The notes under the pieces are model-generated. The model did no database searches and was not told the origin of the DNA. It worked only from the letters and a program-made list of their open reading frames with translations. A program made the translations under genes and the position numbers. Below, one piece after another: positions 1-9,911 of a stretch of DNA of 64,000 nt. Numbering within the stretch: the stretch's first letter is position 1; the number at the start of each line of letters is the position of its first letter. The DNA comes from Candidatus Binatia bacterium (GTDB lineage Bacteria > Desulfobacterota > Binatia > HRBIN30 > CADEER01), in the NCBI GenBank assembly GCA_050176585.1, contig JBFXHX010000001.1, forward strand, positions 158,695 through 222,694, in the 5' to 3' direction.

Positions 1-461
1 TCCACAACGCGGGATCCGGGTCGTTCACCGCGTTCCTGGATACCAATCCGGAGGAGCTCGAGCGCGCGTGGCGGGTGAATGCGCTCGGCCTGTTCCTATG
101 CGGGCAAGAAGCGGTGCGCGACATGCTGCCGCGGGGCCGCGGGACGATAATCGCGATCGGCGCCACGGCCTCGCTGCGCGGCGGCGCGAACGCGGCGGCG
201 TTCGCCGCGGGGAAAGCGGCGCAGCGCTCGCTCGCCCAATCGATGGCGCGCGGTCTGGGCCCGCGGGGCGTCCATGTGGCACTGGTGATCATCGACGGCG
301 TGATCGATACGCCGCGAACGCGCGCGGCCTTCGCTGAACGGCCGCCCGACTTCTTCCTGAAGCCGGAGGCGATAGCCGAGACCGTTTACCACGTCGCGCA
401 TCAAGACCGGTCGGCGTGGACGTTCGAGCTCGACGTGCGGCCGTTCGCGGAAAAGTGGTGA
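1..461 (+). CDS. Short-chain dehydrogenase/reductase, C-terminal part (5' end lies outside the window)
   Basis: Frame-3 ORF translates to a typical SDR C-terminal region (IIAIGATASLRGGANAAAFAAGKAAQRSLAQSMA...VHVALVIIDGVIDTP). There is no start codon inside the window. Confidence 0.6.
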   Translation, partial: HNAGSGSFTAFLDTNPEELERAWRVNALGLFLCGQEAVRDMLPRGRGTIIAIGATASLRGGANAAAFAAGKAAQRSLAQSMARGLGPRGVHVALVIIDGVIDTPRTRAAFAERPPDFFLKPEAIAETVYHVAHQDRSAWTFELDVRPFAEKW

Positions 462-519
462 ACGCACCGGTATTTCTTCAGTTGCCATAAGGCTGCGCGG
501 TCGATATCTCTCGCCAGAC

Positions 520-1659
520 ATGGAGCGGGGGCGCGCGGCATGCGCGAGCTGGCTGCTGGCGATGGTCGGGGGGCTGGCGCTGCTGGCAGGCGGGTGCGGT
601 CCAAGCGGCGGGTCAGGCGGCGGCGGGGACGACGACGATGGCGGCGGTGTCGATGCCAATTCGGTCGTGTGGCCGGAGCGCGGCGGTGGCACGACCACCA
701 ACCTGCCCGCGGTGGTGATGACTGGCCGCGTGGTGTTCCGCTCGGAGAGCGGCGAGACTTGTTGTGTCGCAGTCGATCCGGAGCTGTTCACCGGTGCGCA
801 TCAACTCGTGCTCGATGATCTGCCGCAGGGGCCGGCGACCGTGACGCTGGCGGCGTTTTCGACTGACTTTGCCCCGGCCGTACCGGACGTGATCGCCACC
901 TGCCGTACCGTACAGCAGCAAGGCGTCCGCCCGTGCGATCCGCTGCGCAGCGCGGTGCCGGTGTACGAGAGCGCGCCGCTGCCGGTGAACATCATCCCGG
1001 GAGCGCAGGTGAACCTCGGCGACGTCGACGTCGACGCGCTGCCGTTCGTCTATAGCTTCGCGCCAGCGGAGGACGAAGCCGTCGCGCCGCCCATCCAATT
1101 TTTGTTCACCATCGTGGACGCGGTGACGAACATCCTCGCCGAGTCCGTGGCACTCGAAGTCACCTTCAACATCGAGGACGGAAATCCGCCGGTGTTCCGG
1201 CCGATGACCAAGCGCGTGCCCGTAGCCCTCGCCCCCTGCACGGACGTCGGCAGTATGCCCTGCAGCCCGGGCGGCGAGTCGGACCTCGCCGGCTTCAAGG
1301 CGACCGGTGTGATGGAGTTCCTCCCGCCGGGGCCGGTGGAAGCCCGCATCACCGCACAGAACCTGGGCGACCCGCCGCGCGGTGTCGACTTCCGCTACCT
1401 CTTCTCGGTTCTTCCGGAGCCCACCGCGACGGCAACCACGACGCCGCGTTCTGTCATCGGCTCGAGCACAAATGGCGAGGCCGCTCGCTCCTCCGCAGAC
1501 CCGGTGGGCGAGACCAGCGCCGAGGCCGGCACTTCGATCCGCGCTGGCACCCCCGGGTCGAGCGGTCCCTCCGCGAGATCCGCCGGCGCGCCGCGCCGTG
1601 ACGGGACACCACCGCCGACGCCAACTCCGGTGCCGCACGGACGGGCGGCAACCGAATGA
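520..1659 (+). CDS. Predicted lipoprotein of unknown function
   Basis: ATG at 520 with N-terminal signal peptide and lipobox (LLAGGC). A Gly/Asp-rich linker follows, and the C-terminus is Pro/Thr/Ser-rich. The stop overlaps the next gene's ATG (ATGA). Confidence 0.5.
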   Translation: MERGRAACASWLLAMVGGLALLAGGCGPSGGSGGGGDDDDGGGVDANSVVWPERGGGTTTNLPAVVMTGRVVFRSESGETCCVAVDPELFTGAHQLVLDDLPQGPATVTLAAFSTDFAPAVPDVIATCRTVQQQGVRPCDPLRSAVPVYESAPLPVNIIPGAQVNLGDVDVDALPFVYSFAPAEDEAVAPPIQFLFTIVDAVTNILAESVALEVTFNIEDGNPPVFRPMTKRVPVALAPCTDVGSMPCSPGGESDLAGFKATGVMEFLPPGPVEARITAQNLGDPPRGVDFRYLFSVLPEPTATATTTPRSVIGSSTNGEAARSSADPVGETSAEAGTSIRAGTPGSSGPSARSAGAPRRDGTPPPTPTPVPHGRAATE

Positions 1660-3221
1660 GGCGCGCGGCGGCGCTCGCGCTCCTATTCGCCTGTGCGTTT
1701 GCGACGGCCGCGCGGGCTTCGGAACAGTCGGAAGCGCTTGCCGCACGCGGGCTCATCGCGCTCGACGCGGGCGATACGCAGGGAGCGCTGTCCTATTTCG
1801 ACCGCGCGGTTGCCGCCGATCCGAACGATGCCACAGCCCGCTATCAACGCGGCGTCGCGCGCGGCCGGCTCGGCGACAGCGCGGGCGCGATCGCGGACTT
1901 CGAAGCCGCGCTGGCGCTCAGACCCGACTTTCCGAACGCGGCGCTCGAGCTCGGCATCGCACTGGTCGACGCGGGCCGGTTCGCGGACGCGGATCCCTGG
2001 CTCGTGCGGGCGCGGGTCGACCCGGCGCTAGATGCGCAGGCGTCGTTTTTCCTCGGCATCGCGCAGTTGCGGCTGGAACGCTACGAGGATGCCAAGCGGA
2101 GCTTCGCCCGCGCCCGCACGCGCGATCCCTCGCTGGCATTGGCGACGCAGTACTATGAGGGAGTGATCGCCTACCGCGAGCGCGATTTCGACGGGGCGCG
2201 CGATGCCTTCGAGGCGGTCGCGAGCGCCAGCCCGACCTCGGCGATGGGCCGAGAAGCCACCGAGTATTTAGCGCTGATCCGCGGCGCCCGTCGCGCCAGC
2301 TACTCGGCGTTCGGCAGCGTCGCGCTTGAATACGACAGCAACGTCGTCTTGAACCCCGACGGCACCAGCGTCCCCGGCGCCGTAACGAACGCAAGCGACG
2401 GGCGGTTCGTGATCACCTTGGGCGGGCGCTACGTGCCATTGCGACGCGGGCGTTTGAGTCTCGCGATGAGCTATGACTTCTTTCAAACGCTGCAGTTTCA
2501 GCTCGATGACTTCAACTTACAGGACCACCGCCCGGGCTTGCACCTGCAGTACGACGCCGACCGCGTGTCCCTCGGGCTCTCGAGTCACTACGACTACTAT
2601 CTGCTCGGCGGGGCGAGCTATCTGCAACAGGCGTCGGGATTCCCGTGGGTGTCGGTGCGCGAGCCGGGCTTCGGTCGCACCGATCTGTTCTACCGAATGC
2701 AGTGGCGCGGCTATTACGGTGATTTCGATCCGCTGAACGGTTGTTATCACACGTTCGGCGTGCGCCAGTTCGTCGATGTGGGCTCTGCCGAGCAGCAAGT
2801 ATGGTTCGGTTACCAGTTCGAAGACACGGATATTACCGGCACCAAGAATTTCGGAACGGCTGCGCAGCCGATCCGGTTGAACGCGTTCGAGTACCGAGCA
2901 CACGTCGGCGAGGTCGGCTTGCGCTGGCCGCTTGTCTTCGGCTTCACCGGACAAGCCGGGTGCCGCATCGAGTACCAGGACTACGATTCCGACAGCCGGG
3001 TGTACGCCGCTCAGGGGGTCGAGTACGTGCTGCCGCTACAGGGCGAGCGGCGCAAGGATTACGATTACCGCGGCATCGTATCCGTCGAGCGCCCGTTGCC
3101 GGAACTGTACGAAGACCTGATTTTTGTGGCGTCATGGTTCGGCACCTGGAACAATTCGAACAAGGCTGTCTTTGAATACGAGCGGCAGATCGCCTCGATC
3201 GGCCTGCAGGTGAGGTTCTAG
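1656..3221 (+). CDS. TPR-repeat protein with a C-terminal outer-membrane beta-barrel-like domain
   Basis: Signal peptide (ALALLFACAFATAARA), then several TPR-like repeats (DTQGALSYFDRAVAADPND, YQRGVARGRLGDSAGAIADFEAAL...). The C-terminal half is rich in alternating aromatic/hydrophobic residues and ends ...IASIGLQVRF, a terminal Phe as in OMP beta-signals. Confidence 0.55.
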   Translation: MRRAAALALLFACAFATAARASEQSEALAARGLIALDAGDTQGALSYFDRAVAADPNDATARYQRGVARGRLGDSAGAIADFEAALALRPDFPNAALELGIALVDAGRFADADPWLVRARVDPALDAQASFFLGIAQLRLERYEDAKRSFARARTRDPSLALATQYYEGVIAYRERDFDGARDAFEAVASASPTSAMGREATEYLALIRGARRASYSAFGSVALEYDSNVVLNPDGTSVPGAVTNASDGRFVITLGGRYVPLRRGRLSLAMSYDFFQTLQFQLDDFNLQDHRPGLHLQYDADRVSLGLSSHYDYYLLGGASYLQQASGFPWVSVREPGFGRTDLFYRMQWRGYYGDFDPLNGCYHTFGVRQFVDVGSAEQQVWFGYQFEDTDITGTKNFGTAAQPIRLNAFEYRAHVGEVGLRWPLVFGFTGQAGCRIEYQDYDSDSRVYAAQGVEYVLPLQGERRKDYDYRGIVSVERPLPELYEDLIFVASWFGTWNNSNKAVFEYERQIASIGLQVRF

Positions 3222-3223
3222 CG

Positions 3224-4057
3224 ATGACGCGAGCCGGACTCGGGACATTCGTGGCGGCGCTGTTGCTCGCCACGGGCGTGAACGCTCAGGACGCGGTCGG
3301 CACCGTCGCTGCCGTAAACGGCACGGCAGAGATCGTGCACGGCGGCGCGGCTGCCGCTGCGGCGGTGGGCGCGCCGGTGCAGCTCGGCGACGAGCTGCGC
3401 ACCGGGGCCGGCAAGATGAAGGTCGTATTTCGCGACGACAGCGTGGTCGATCTCAACGAGCAGACGTCGCTGGTCGTGGACCAGCAGGTATTCGATCCGG
3501 GCACCAGCCGATTCCAGTCGTTGATGAAGTTGCTGAGCGGGAAGGCGCGCGCGCTGGTGAGCGACCATTACGGGACGCCCGGCTCGTCATACGAGGTCGA
3601 GACGCCGACGGCCGTCGCCGGCGTGCGCGGCACGACCTTCCTCATCAGCTACGACCCGGACACCGATGCGACGCAGGTGATCGGCATCGATGGGCGGATC
3701 GAGGTACGCAGCCTCGCGGCACGCCTCGGCGACACGGTCTATGTCGGCGCCCGCGAGGGCACGACGGTGCTGCGCGGCCAGCCGCCGACGCCGCCGCAGC
3801 CGGTCGCGGAAGACATCTTCCGATTTGAAACCGACGCGATCCAGACGCTGGGTGCGGGCGGGGCGGCGGGCGCCGGCGGCATTGCGGGCTCTGGCGTGCA
3901 GTCGGGTAGCAGCGTGCCGGCGCCGGAGAAAGCCCCGCCGTCTTCCGGCGGCGCCACGGGGCAGGTCGGCACCGGAGAGAATCGCAACGCGGGCGACGTC
4001 GCGGGCCAGCCGCTCGAGGTCATCAACTCGGGGCGGGGTCGTCTCGGCGTGCCGTGA
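3224..4057 (+). CDS. FecR-domain periplasmic protein
   Basis: Signal peptide, then FecR-like signature (GDELRTGAGKMKVVFRDDSVVDLNEQTSLVV...VETPTAVAGVRGTTFLISYD...IEVRS). C-terminal Gly/Ala/Pro-rich tail. ATG lies 3 nt after the previous stop. Confidence 0.65.
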   Translation: MTRAGLGTFVAALLLATGVNAQDAVGTVAAVNGTAEIVHGGAAAAAAVGAPVQLGDELRTGAGKMKVVFRDDSVVDLNEQTSLVVDQQVFDPGTSRFQSLMKLLSGKARALVSDHYGTPGSSYEVETPTAVAGVRGTTFLISYDPDTDATQVIGIDGRIEVRSLAARLGDTVYVGAREGTTVLRGQPPTPPQPVAEDIFRFETDAIQTLGAGGAAGAGGIAGSGVQSGSSVPAPEKAPPSSGGATGQVGTGENRNAGDVAGQPLEVINSGRGRLGVP

Positions 4058-4119
4058 GGAGCTGATCGACGCCGGTACCGGCGCGCCGGCCGACGTCGAT
4101 ACGCGCCAGGACCGGCGAC

Positions 4120-6309
4120 GTGTCTCTGCGAGGACTCACCCCGCTCGGGATCGCGCTGGCCGTCGGGCTCGCCTTGTCCATGCTGCGGGTAGGCGGATGT
4201 CGTCCGCTCGACGTCCTCGACCTCCGCGCGCTCGATCAGCGCATACAGCAGCGCGGCCGCGGCGTCGCCGCACCGGAGGTGGTGATCGTGGCCGTAGACG
4301 ACGCGAGCCTCGGCGAAATCGGGCGTTGGCCGTGGTCGCGCGCGCGGATCGCCGACCTCATCGAGCGCGTCGACGCGGGCGATCCGGCCGTGATCGGCAT
4401 CGATCTCGTCCAGGCCGAGCCCACCGCGGCCTGCGACGTCGGCGCCATCGCGGCCGCGGTCGACCCCAGTTGCCAAGCCGCGCTCACGCGCGCGCTCGGC
4501 GGCGTGCAGGGCGAGGATGCGCGGCTGGTCGAAGCGGTGCGCGCGTCCGGTCGCACCGTGCTCGGCTACTTCTTCGATTTCAGCCCCGGCGGTGACGACA
4601 GCCCGTCCAATGGCGAGAGCGCGTACGCCACCGTGCAGCGCGCGCCGGGGGCCGATAGCGCGCCGATCCAGCGCGCGCGCCGCGTCACGCAAAACCTGCC
4701 GCCATTGGCGGCGGCCGCGGCGGGCCTCGGCTACTTCAACTTCTTTCCCGACCGCGACGGGCTGTTCCGCCGTGTGCCGATGGCGATTGCATTCGGCGAC
4801 CGCGTGACCATGCCGCTGTCGCTGGCCGTCCTGCGCCACGCCTGGCCGCAACGACCCGCGGCGATTCGCCTCGGGCCGTACGGGGTCGAGTCGCTGCGGC
4901 TCGGCGCGGAGCTCTTGCCGGTCGATCGCTGGGGGCAACTGCTGATCAATTACCGCGGACCGCGCCGCACGTTCCGCCATGTCTCTGCCGCCGACGTGCT
5001 CGCCGGACGCGTGTCACCGGACGTGTTCCGCAACGCGCTCGTGCTGCTCGGCGTCACTGCCGTCGGCGTAGGCGACGTGCGCAACACTCCGTTCGATCCC
5101 GTGTATCCGGGCGTCGAGATCCACGCGACCGTGCTCGATAACATCCTGCGCCGCGATTTCCTTTACCGGCCCGCGATCGCCGGCAGCATCGCACTGTACG
5201 ATGTCGCCGTGATCCTCCTGGTCGCCGTCCTGGTCGGCGCGGCGCTGCACCGCACCCGTGGCATGGCCGGGGCGCTGGTCGCCGCGGGCCTGCTGGCGGC
5301 CTATGTGGTCGGTAGCCAGCTGGTGTTCGCCGGGCACGGTGCGGTGCTGAGCTTTGCCTATCCGGCGCTCTGCATCGCGCTCAGCTACGTCGGCGTCGGC
5401 GTGCATCAGTACGCGGTGACGGAGCGCGAGAAGCGGCAGACGCGCCGCATGCTCGATCTCTATTTGAGCCCGGAGCTGTCGCGGTATCTCAGCGAACGGC
5501 CCGAGACGCTGCAGCTGGGCGGCGAGAAGAGTGAGCGCACGGTGCTTTTCTCGGACGTGAAGGGCTTCACCGGCATCTCCGAGCGGCTTTCGGCGGAAGA
5601 TCTGGTGGAGGTGCTGAACCTCTACCTCGGCGAGATGACCGAGGCAGTGTTCGCGCACGGGGGCATGCTGGACAAGTATATCGGCGACGGCCTGATGGCG
5701 GTATGGGGCGCGCCTGTGGCACAGCCCGACCACGCGGCGCGCGCCTGCCGAGCCGCGCTCGAGATGCTCGAACGGTTGCAGGCGCTGAACATGAAGATCG
5801 CCGCGCGCGGGTGGCCCACCCTCGGGATCCGGATTGGCATCAATAGCGGGCCGATGGTGTTCGGCAACATGGGATCGCCCGGCCACCTGAGCCTCACGGT
5901 GATGGGAGACAACGTCAATTTGGCCGCCCGGCTGGAGGGTATCAACAAGCTCTACGGCAGCGCGATCATCGCGAGCGACCGCACCGTGCAGCTCGCGGGC
6001 GACAGCGTGGTCGCGCGCGAGCTCGACCTGGTGCGCGTGCGCGGCCGCGACATGGCAGTGCACATTTACGAGATCCTCGGATCAGCAGCGGCCGGCGACG
6101 GCTGGCGCGAGCTCAACGCCCACTTTGCTGCCGGCCTGGCCGCGTACCGCGCCCGCGACTGGACAACGGCGCTCGCGGCGTTCGAAGCGGCGGCGCGGGC
6201 CCGCCACGGTGACGGGCCGACCGAGCTCTACCTGTGGCGGTGCCGCGATTACCTGCGCGATCCTCCGCCGCCTGACTGGGAAGCGGTGACCAAATTCTCC
6301 GACGCGTGA
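4120..6309 (+). CDS. CHASE2 sensor-domain class III adenylate/guanylate cyclase
   Basis: GTG start. N-terminal TM, then CHASE2-like region (VVIVAVDDASLGEIGRWPWSRARIADLIERV...VIGIDLVQAEP), several TM helices, and a C-terminal CYCc domain (VLFSDVKGFTGISERL...YIGDGLMAVWGAP...VMGDNVNLAARLEG). Confidence 0.8.
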   Translation: MSLRGLTPLGIALAVGLALSMLRVGGCRPLDVLDLRALDQRIQQRGRGVAAPEVVIVAVDDASLGEIGRWPWSRARIADLIERVDAGDPAVIGIDLVQAEPTAACDVGAIAAAVDPSCQAALTRALGGVQGEDARLVEAVRASGRTVLGYFFDFSPGGDDSPSNGESAYATVQRAPGADSAPIQRARRVTQNLPPLAAAAAGLGYFNFFPDRDGLFRRVPMAIAFGDRVTMPLSLAVLRHAWPQRPAAIRLGPYGVESLRLGAELLPVDRWGQLLINYRGPRRTFRHVSAADVLAGRVSPDVFRNALVLLGVTAVGVGDVRNTPFDPVYPGVEIHATVLDNILRRDFLYRPAIAGSIALYDVAVILLVAVLVGAALHRTRGMAGALVAAGLLAAYVVGSQLVFAGHGAVLSFAYPALCIALSYVGVGVHQYAVTEREKRQTRRMLDLYLSPELSRYLSERPETLQLGGEKSERTVLFSDVKGFTGISERLSAEDLVEVLNLYLGEMTEAVFAHGGMLDKYIGDGLMAVWGAPVAQPDHAARACRAALEMLERLQALNMKIAARGWPTLGIRIGINSGPMVFGNMGSPGHLSLTVMGDNVNLAARLEGINKLYGSAIIASDRTVQLAGDSVVARELDLVRVRGRDMAVHIYEILGSAAAGDGWRELNAHFAAGLAAYRARDWTTALAAFEAAARARHGDGPTELYLWRCRDYLRDPPPPDWEAVTKFSDA

Positions 6310-6551
6310 CGCGCCGGGCGCGCGGAGCGCTGGTCTGTCGCCCACGGCTTGCGCGGGCGAGCGCGCCGCGCTCACGCGTTCAGCTCATCGGCGCGCGCCG
6401 CAACCCGGATGGCCGCACCCGCAGCCGCCGGACTCGGTTACGCCGGGCTCCGCCTGCCGCCGGGCGCAGTGATCACTGCAGAATTTCTGGTCGGCATCGA
6501 TGCGGCAAGAACACCCTACGTGCGAGCATCGATTCGACGTCATTGAGCCTC

Positions 6552-6977
6552 CTAGTGCCGAGCGGGCTGCGAAACGCCCGCCAGCACGCGTCCTGAGAGT
6601 TGATCATCCCCGGTTCTCACCGCGAGATCTGCGAGCGCCACGATGCCGGTCAAGCGCTTATTGCGATTGAGAATCGGCAAGCGTCGAATCTGCGCATCGT
6701 GCATCAAGCGGGCGGCCTCCTCCACGTCCTGATCCTCGAAACAGTACACGACGTCGGCCGTCATGATGTCGACCACAGCGGTCTCGCGCGGAGCGCGTCC
6801 GGCGGAAACCGCGCGCACGGTGATGTCGCGGTCGGTGAGCATGCCCAGCAGGCGATCGCCGTCGCACACCGGCATGAGCCCCACGTCGAGCGCCTTCATT
6901 CTCCGCGCCGCTTCGTCCAAGCGATCATCCGGCGACAGGACTTCGACGTCACGAGTCATGATATCGCTCAGCTTCAT
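6552..6977 (-). CDS. CBS-pair domain protein
   Basis: Start placed at MKLSDIMTRDV with SD GGGAGGGACAGGG immediately upstream. Tandem CBS motifs (LDVGLMPVCDGDRLLGMLTDRDI... IRRLPILNRNKRLTGIVALADL). The longer ORF-track version is an unsupported N-terminal extension. Confidence 0.7.
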   Translation of the reverse strand: MKLSDIMTRDVEVLSPDDRLDEAARRMKALDVGLMPVCDGDRLLGMLTDRDITVRAVSAGRAPRETAVVDIMTADVVYCFEDQDVEEAARLMHDAQIRRLPILNRNKRLTGIVALADLAVRTGDDQLSGRVLAGVSQPARH

Positions 6978-7266
6978 CCCTGTCCCTCCCAACGGGCGCC
7001 GCGTCGGTGACTCACGTCCTGAGCACGGCGGCGCGGCGCGATGTGGTTGCGAGGCTCGAATCAGCAAACGATGCGCCAGTACGCGTGCCGATATCCGCGT
7101 GCGCCGGGTCACCGGCCCCAATCGCGACGGGCGACGCGGACCGCGGCTCGCGTGAAGGATTTGCAAGCGTGTGCAAGTCCTACGCTCGCGTGCGCGCCTG
7201 CGGACGGCGGCCACCTCCCCGCTGCAGTTCAACGCGGAGGCGCTGCGGGGGGAAAGTCAATCGCCG

Positions 7267-8298
7267 CTACTTCCGCCCGGAGCGGCGCTTCTCTTCCGGC
7301 TCGGCGTCGACATCCAATACTTCGGCCGCGCGATCCAGTGAGCCCTCCAGGGGATCGTGCTCCACAGGGGAGTGGGCTTCGACGACCTCTGGAAAGAGCA
7401 GAGAGCCGCCGATCGAGAGCGCCAGCACGCCGGCGATCACACCGAGCGAGATGCCGATCGGCATGTGATACCAGTCCGCGATGAGCATTTTCACGCCGAC
7501 GAAGATGAGCACTACCGACAGCCCGAGCTGCAAGAAGCGGAACTGGGTGACGATGCCGGCGAGCAGGAAATAGAGCGACCGAAGGCCGAGGATGGCGCAG
7601 ACGTTCGAGGTGTAGACCAGGAATGGATCGGTCGTCACGGAAAAGATGGCCGGAATGGAATCGACCGCGAACACGAGATCGGTGGTCTCCACCATGATCA
7701 GCACGACGAGCAGCGGTGTGGCCATCCAGCGCCGCCGGCCTTTGACCCGCGCCTGCACGATGAACCGCTGGCCGTGATAGCGCTTGGTGACCGGCATGAC
7801 GCGCCGCAGCAGCCGGATGAGCGGGTTGGCCTCGACCTTGATTTCGGATTCGCCAGCGAAGGCCATGCGCAGCCCGGTGAAGACGAGGAACCCGCCGAAC
7901 ACGTACAGAATCCACTCGAAGCGCTGGATGAGCAGCGTGCCGAGCGCGATCATCGTGCCGCGCAGGATCAGCGCGCCCAGAATGCCCCAGAAGAGCACCC
8001 GATGCTGGTAGCGTTTGGGCACGGAGAAATACGAAAAGATCAGTACGAAGACGAAGATGTTGTCGACCGAGAGCGCCTGTTCGATCAGATACCCGGTCAA
8101 GAATTCGAGCCCGGCCTGACCACCCATGTACTGGGCGATGCCGATATTGAAGAGCAGCGCCATCGTCACCCAGGTGACGGTCCAGCCCGCGGCTTCGCGC
8201 ACCGACACCTCGTGCGCATGGCGATGGAAGATGCCGAGGTCGATGGCCAGAATCGTAAAGACGACGACGTGGAACGCGACCCAAACCCATACAGGCAT
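7267..8298 (-). CDS. terC: TerC-family integral membrane protein
   Basis: ATG at 8298. Multi-TM protein with TerC family hallmarks (LEFLTGYLIEQALSVDNIFVFVLIF..., TDLVFAVDSIPAIFSVTTDPFLVYTSN). Confidence 0.75.
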   Translation of the reverse strand: MPVWVWVAFHVVVFTILAIDLGIFHRHAHEVSVREAAGWTVTWVTMALLFNIGIAQYMGGQAGLEFLTGYLIEQALSVDNIFVFVLIFSYFSVPKRYQHRVLFWGILGALILRGTMIALGTLLIQRFEWILYVFGGFLVFTGLRMAFAGESEIKVEANPLIRLLRRVMPVTKRYHGQRFIVQARVKGRRRWMATPLLVVLIMVETTDLVFAVDSIPAIFSVTTDPFLVYTSNVCAILGLRSLYFLLAGIVTQFRFLQLGLSVVLIFVGVKMLIADWYHMPIGISLGVIAGVLALSIGGSLLFPEVVEAHSPVEHDPLEGSLDRAAEVLDVDAEPEEKRRSGRK

Positions 8299-8360
8299 GG
8301 GTCATGTGCGTATCAGATGGACGCGGGACCCGAAATGCGGGGCGGGCAGCCTCGACCCCG

Positions 8361-9911
8361 TCAAAGCTTCAGGAAGATCTCGCGCGTCGCATCGTCGGTC
8401 AGCTGCCGGACCGAGGTGATGTGATCGCTGAACTCCCGGACCGCGCCGACCGAGCTCGCCCCGACGTCGATCAGCACCGCGAACACGGTGAAGCCGAGCG
8501 CGGCCTTCTCCCGCTGGAACGCCTGCAGCCAATCCCGTTCGACCCGGCACTCGCCGTCTGTGATGAGCACGATGTCGCCGCGCCGCTTCCGCGCGCCGCG
8601 CAGACAATCGAGCGCGGCATCCAGCGGCTTCTGGAAATCCGTGCCGCCGCCGGGAAAGTACTCGGCGAGCGCGAAGACCTGGTGCATGTCGGGCGCGTAG
8701 CGCTGGCGGGTATTCAGATCGAGCACCTGCAGCGGGGTTTCGCTCGCGGCAAAACAGATCGAGCGAAAGCGCCGGCGTTGTCGCGCGGCGATGTCGAGCA
8801 GTGTCAGCGCGACGGCCTTGGACCAGATTTCCTTGTCGCCCGCCATCGACGAGCTGCCGTCCAGGCAGACGATCATCGGCCCGCGCCCCTGCCGCTCGGG
8901 AGCGCGCAGCGCGTACACGAACAGCTCGCCTTCGACCAACCGGCGCTGGAAGTCGCGCCGCAAGGCGGGCTGGCGCAGGCTGAGCAACTCCGGCGGCAGC
9001 AGGCGCTGGAGCTCCGCGCCCAGGCCGACCGCGAACACCTCCGCATTGGCGCGTTCGTATAGCGAGCGGCGCAACGCGCGCGCGCTCTGGCGCATGCGGC
9101 CGACCAGCTGGGCCATGCGCTTCAGCTTCGGATTGCGGGCGAGTTGATGGCCGAGCTCGATCTGCGCCACGGGCGACGATCGCTGGGCACCGCCGCCGAG
9201 CTGCAGGCTCCACCGGTCCGCTGCATCGCGCGCGCCTTCGATATCGGCGGCAGTCGCTTCGAGCGCTGCGGCGATGCGCGCGGGGCGCTGCGCTCGACCC
9301 TCCGCAACCCTCTCACTCAGGCGCTGCCCCTGTTGGGCGAGGCGCGCGCCGGCGGCTTTGTTCTCGCGCTCATAGCGCTGCCGCAGCGCGTCCAGCTGCT
9401 TCTCGGCGGGCTGGCCCGCACGCGCGGCGGCCAGCTCGGCCGCGGTGTCTGCGTGCGCCTCACGGCTAGCGATCTCCTCGCCCTGTTGCGCGATGCTCCA
9501 GGCGTCGAGCATCTCGCCGCGGGTCAGCACGCGTTCGCTCTTCAGCAGCTCGAGCAGCGCCTCGCCGAGCAGGAGCGCGCCGAGCCCCGCCGCGGCTTCA
9601 TCGAGCACCGTCTGCTCGCGCAGAGCGGCCAGGGCCGGCGCTTCGCGCAGCTCGTCGACGAGGGAGCGAAACCAGATCGCGGCGGGCGCGACGGCCTCCG
9701 GCGGATACGAGATCAAGTTGAGCTTATAGCAGAGCGCGTACAGATCGAGCTCAAAGCCCTCGAAGTGCGGCAGCAGCCGGCTGCCGCTGGCGAGCAGTTT
9801 GCGGAGGCCGGACGACTCGGCGACCAGCCGGGCGAACGCGGCACGGTCGTACGCGTCCACCTCCACCCAGTGGTGATGAGGCGGCGACGGTGTTCCGGTA
9901 GGCTGGCTCAC
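8361..9911 (-). CDS. VWA-domain protein, ViaA-like partner of the MoxR ATPase
   Basis: C-terminal von Willebrand A domain with MIDAS-like motif (MIVCLDGSSSM...TDG). A GTG start overlaps the upstream ATPase's TGA (GTGA), so the 8361..10217 track ORF is trimmed to 9911. Confidence 0.65.
   Translation of the reverse strand: MSQPTGTPSPPHHHWVEVDAYDRAAFARLVAESSGLRKLLASGSRLLPHFEGFELDLYALCYKLNLISYPPEAVAPAAIWFRSLVDELREAPALAALREQTVLDEAAAGLGALLLGEALLELLKSERVLTRGEMLDAWSIAQQGEEIASREAHADTAAELAAARAGQPAEKQLDALRQRYERENKAAGARLAQQGQRLSERVAEGRAQRPARIAAALEATAADIEGARDAADRWSLQLGGGAQRSSPVAQIELGHQLARNPKLKRMAQLVGRMRQSARALRRSLYERANAEVFAVGLGAELQRLLPPELLSLRQPALRRDFQRRLVEGELFVYALRAPERQGRGPMIVCLDGSSSMAGDKEIWSKAVALTLLDIAARQRRRFRSICFAASETPLQVLDLNTRQRYAPDMHQVFALAEYFPGGGTDFQKPLDAALDCLRGARKRRGDIVLITDGECRVERDWLQAFQREKAALGFTVFAVLIDVGASSVGAVREFSDHITSVRQLTDDATREIFLKL

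Noticed and set aside
613-1746. Long antisense ORFs throughout the window (e.g. 613..1746 -, 96..791 -, 3739..4980 -, 5014..6063 -, 7357..8424 +, 8304..9062 +, 35533..37248 -, 43961..44957 -, 62347..63939 -)
   Set aside because: They run opposite to genes with clear family signatures and have Arg/Ala/Pro-rich low-complexity translations typical of 70% GC DNA. None shows a recognisable domain.
8299-8360. yybP-ykoY Mn2+ riboswitch expected upstream of terC
   Set aside because: Only 62 nt separate terC from the VWA gene, and the sequence shows a simple GC hairpin, not the four-way junction with its conserved motifs. terC is probably read through from the MoxR operon.
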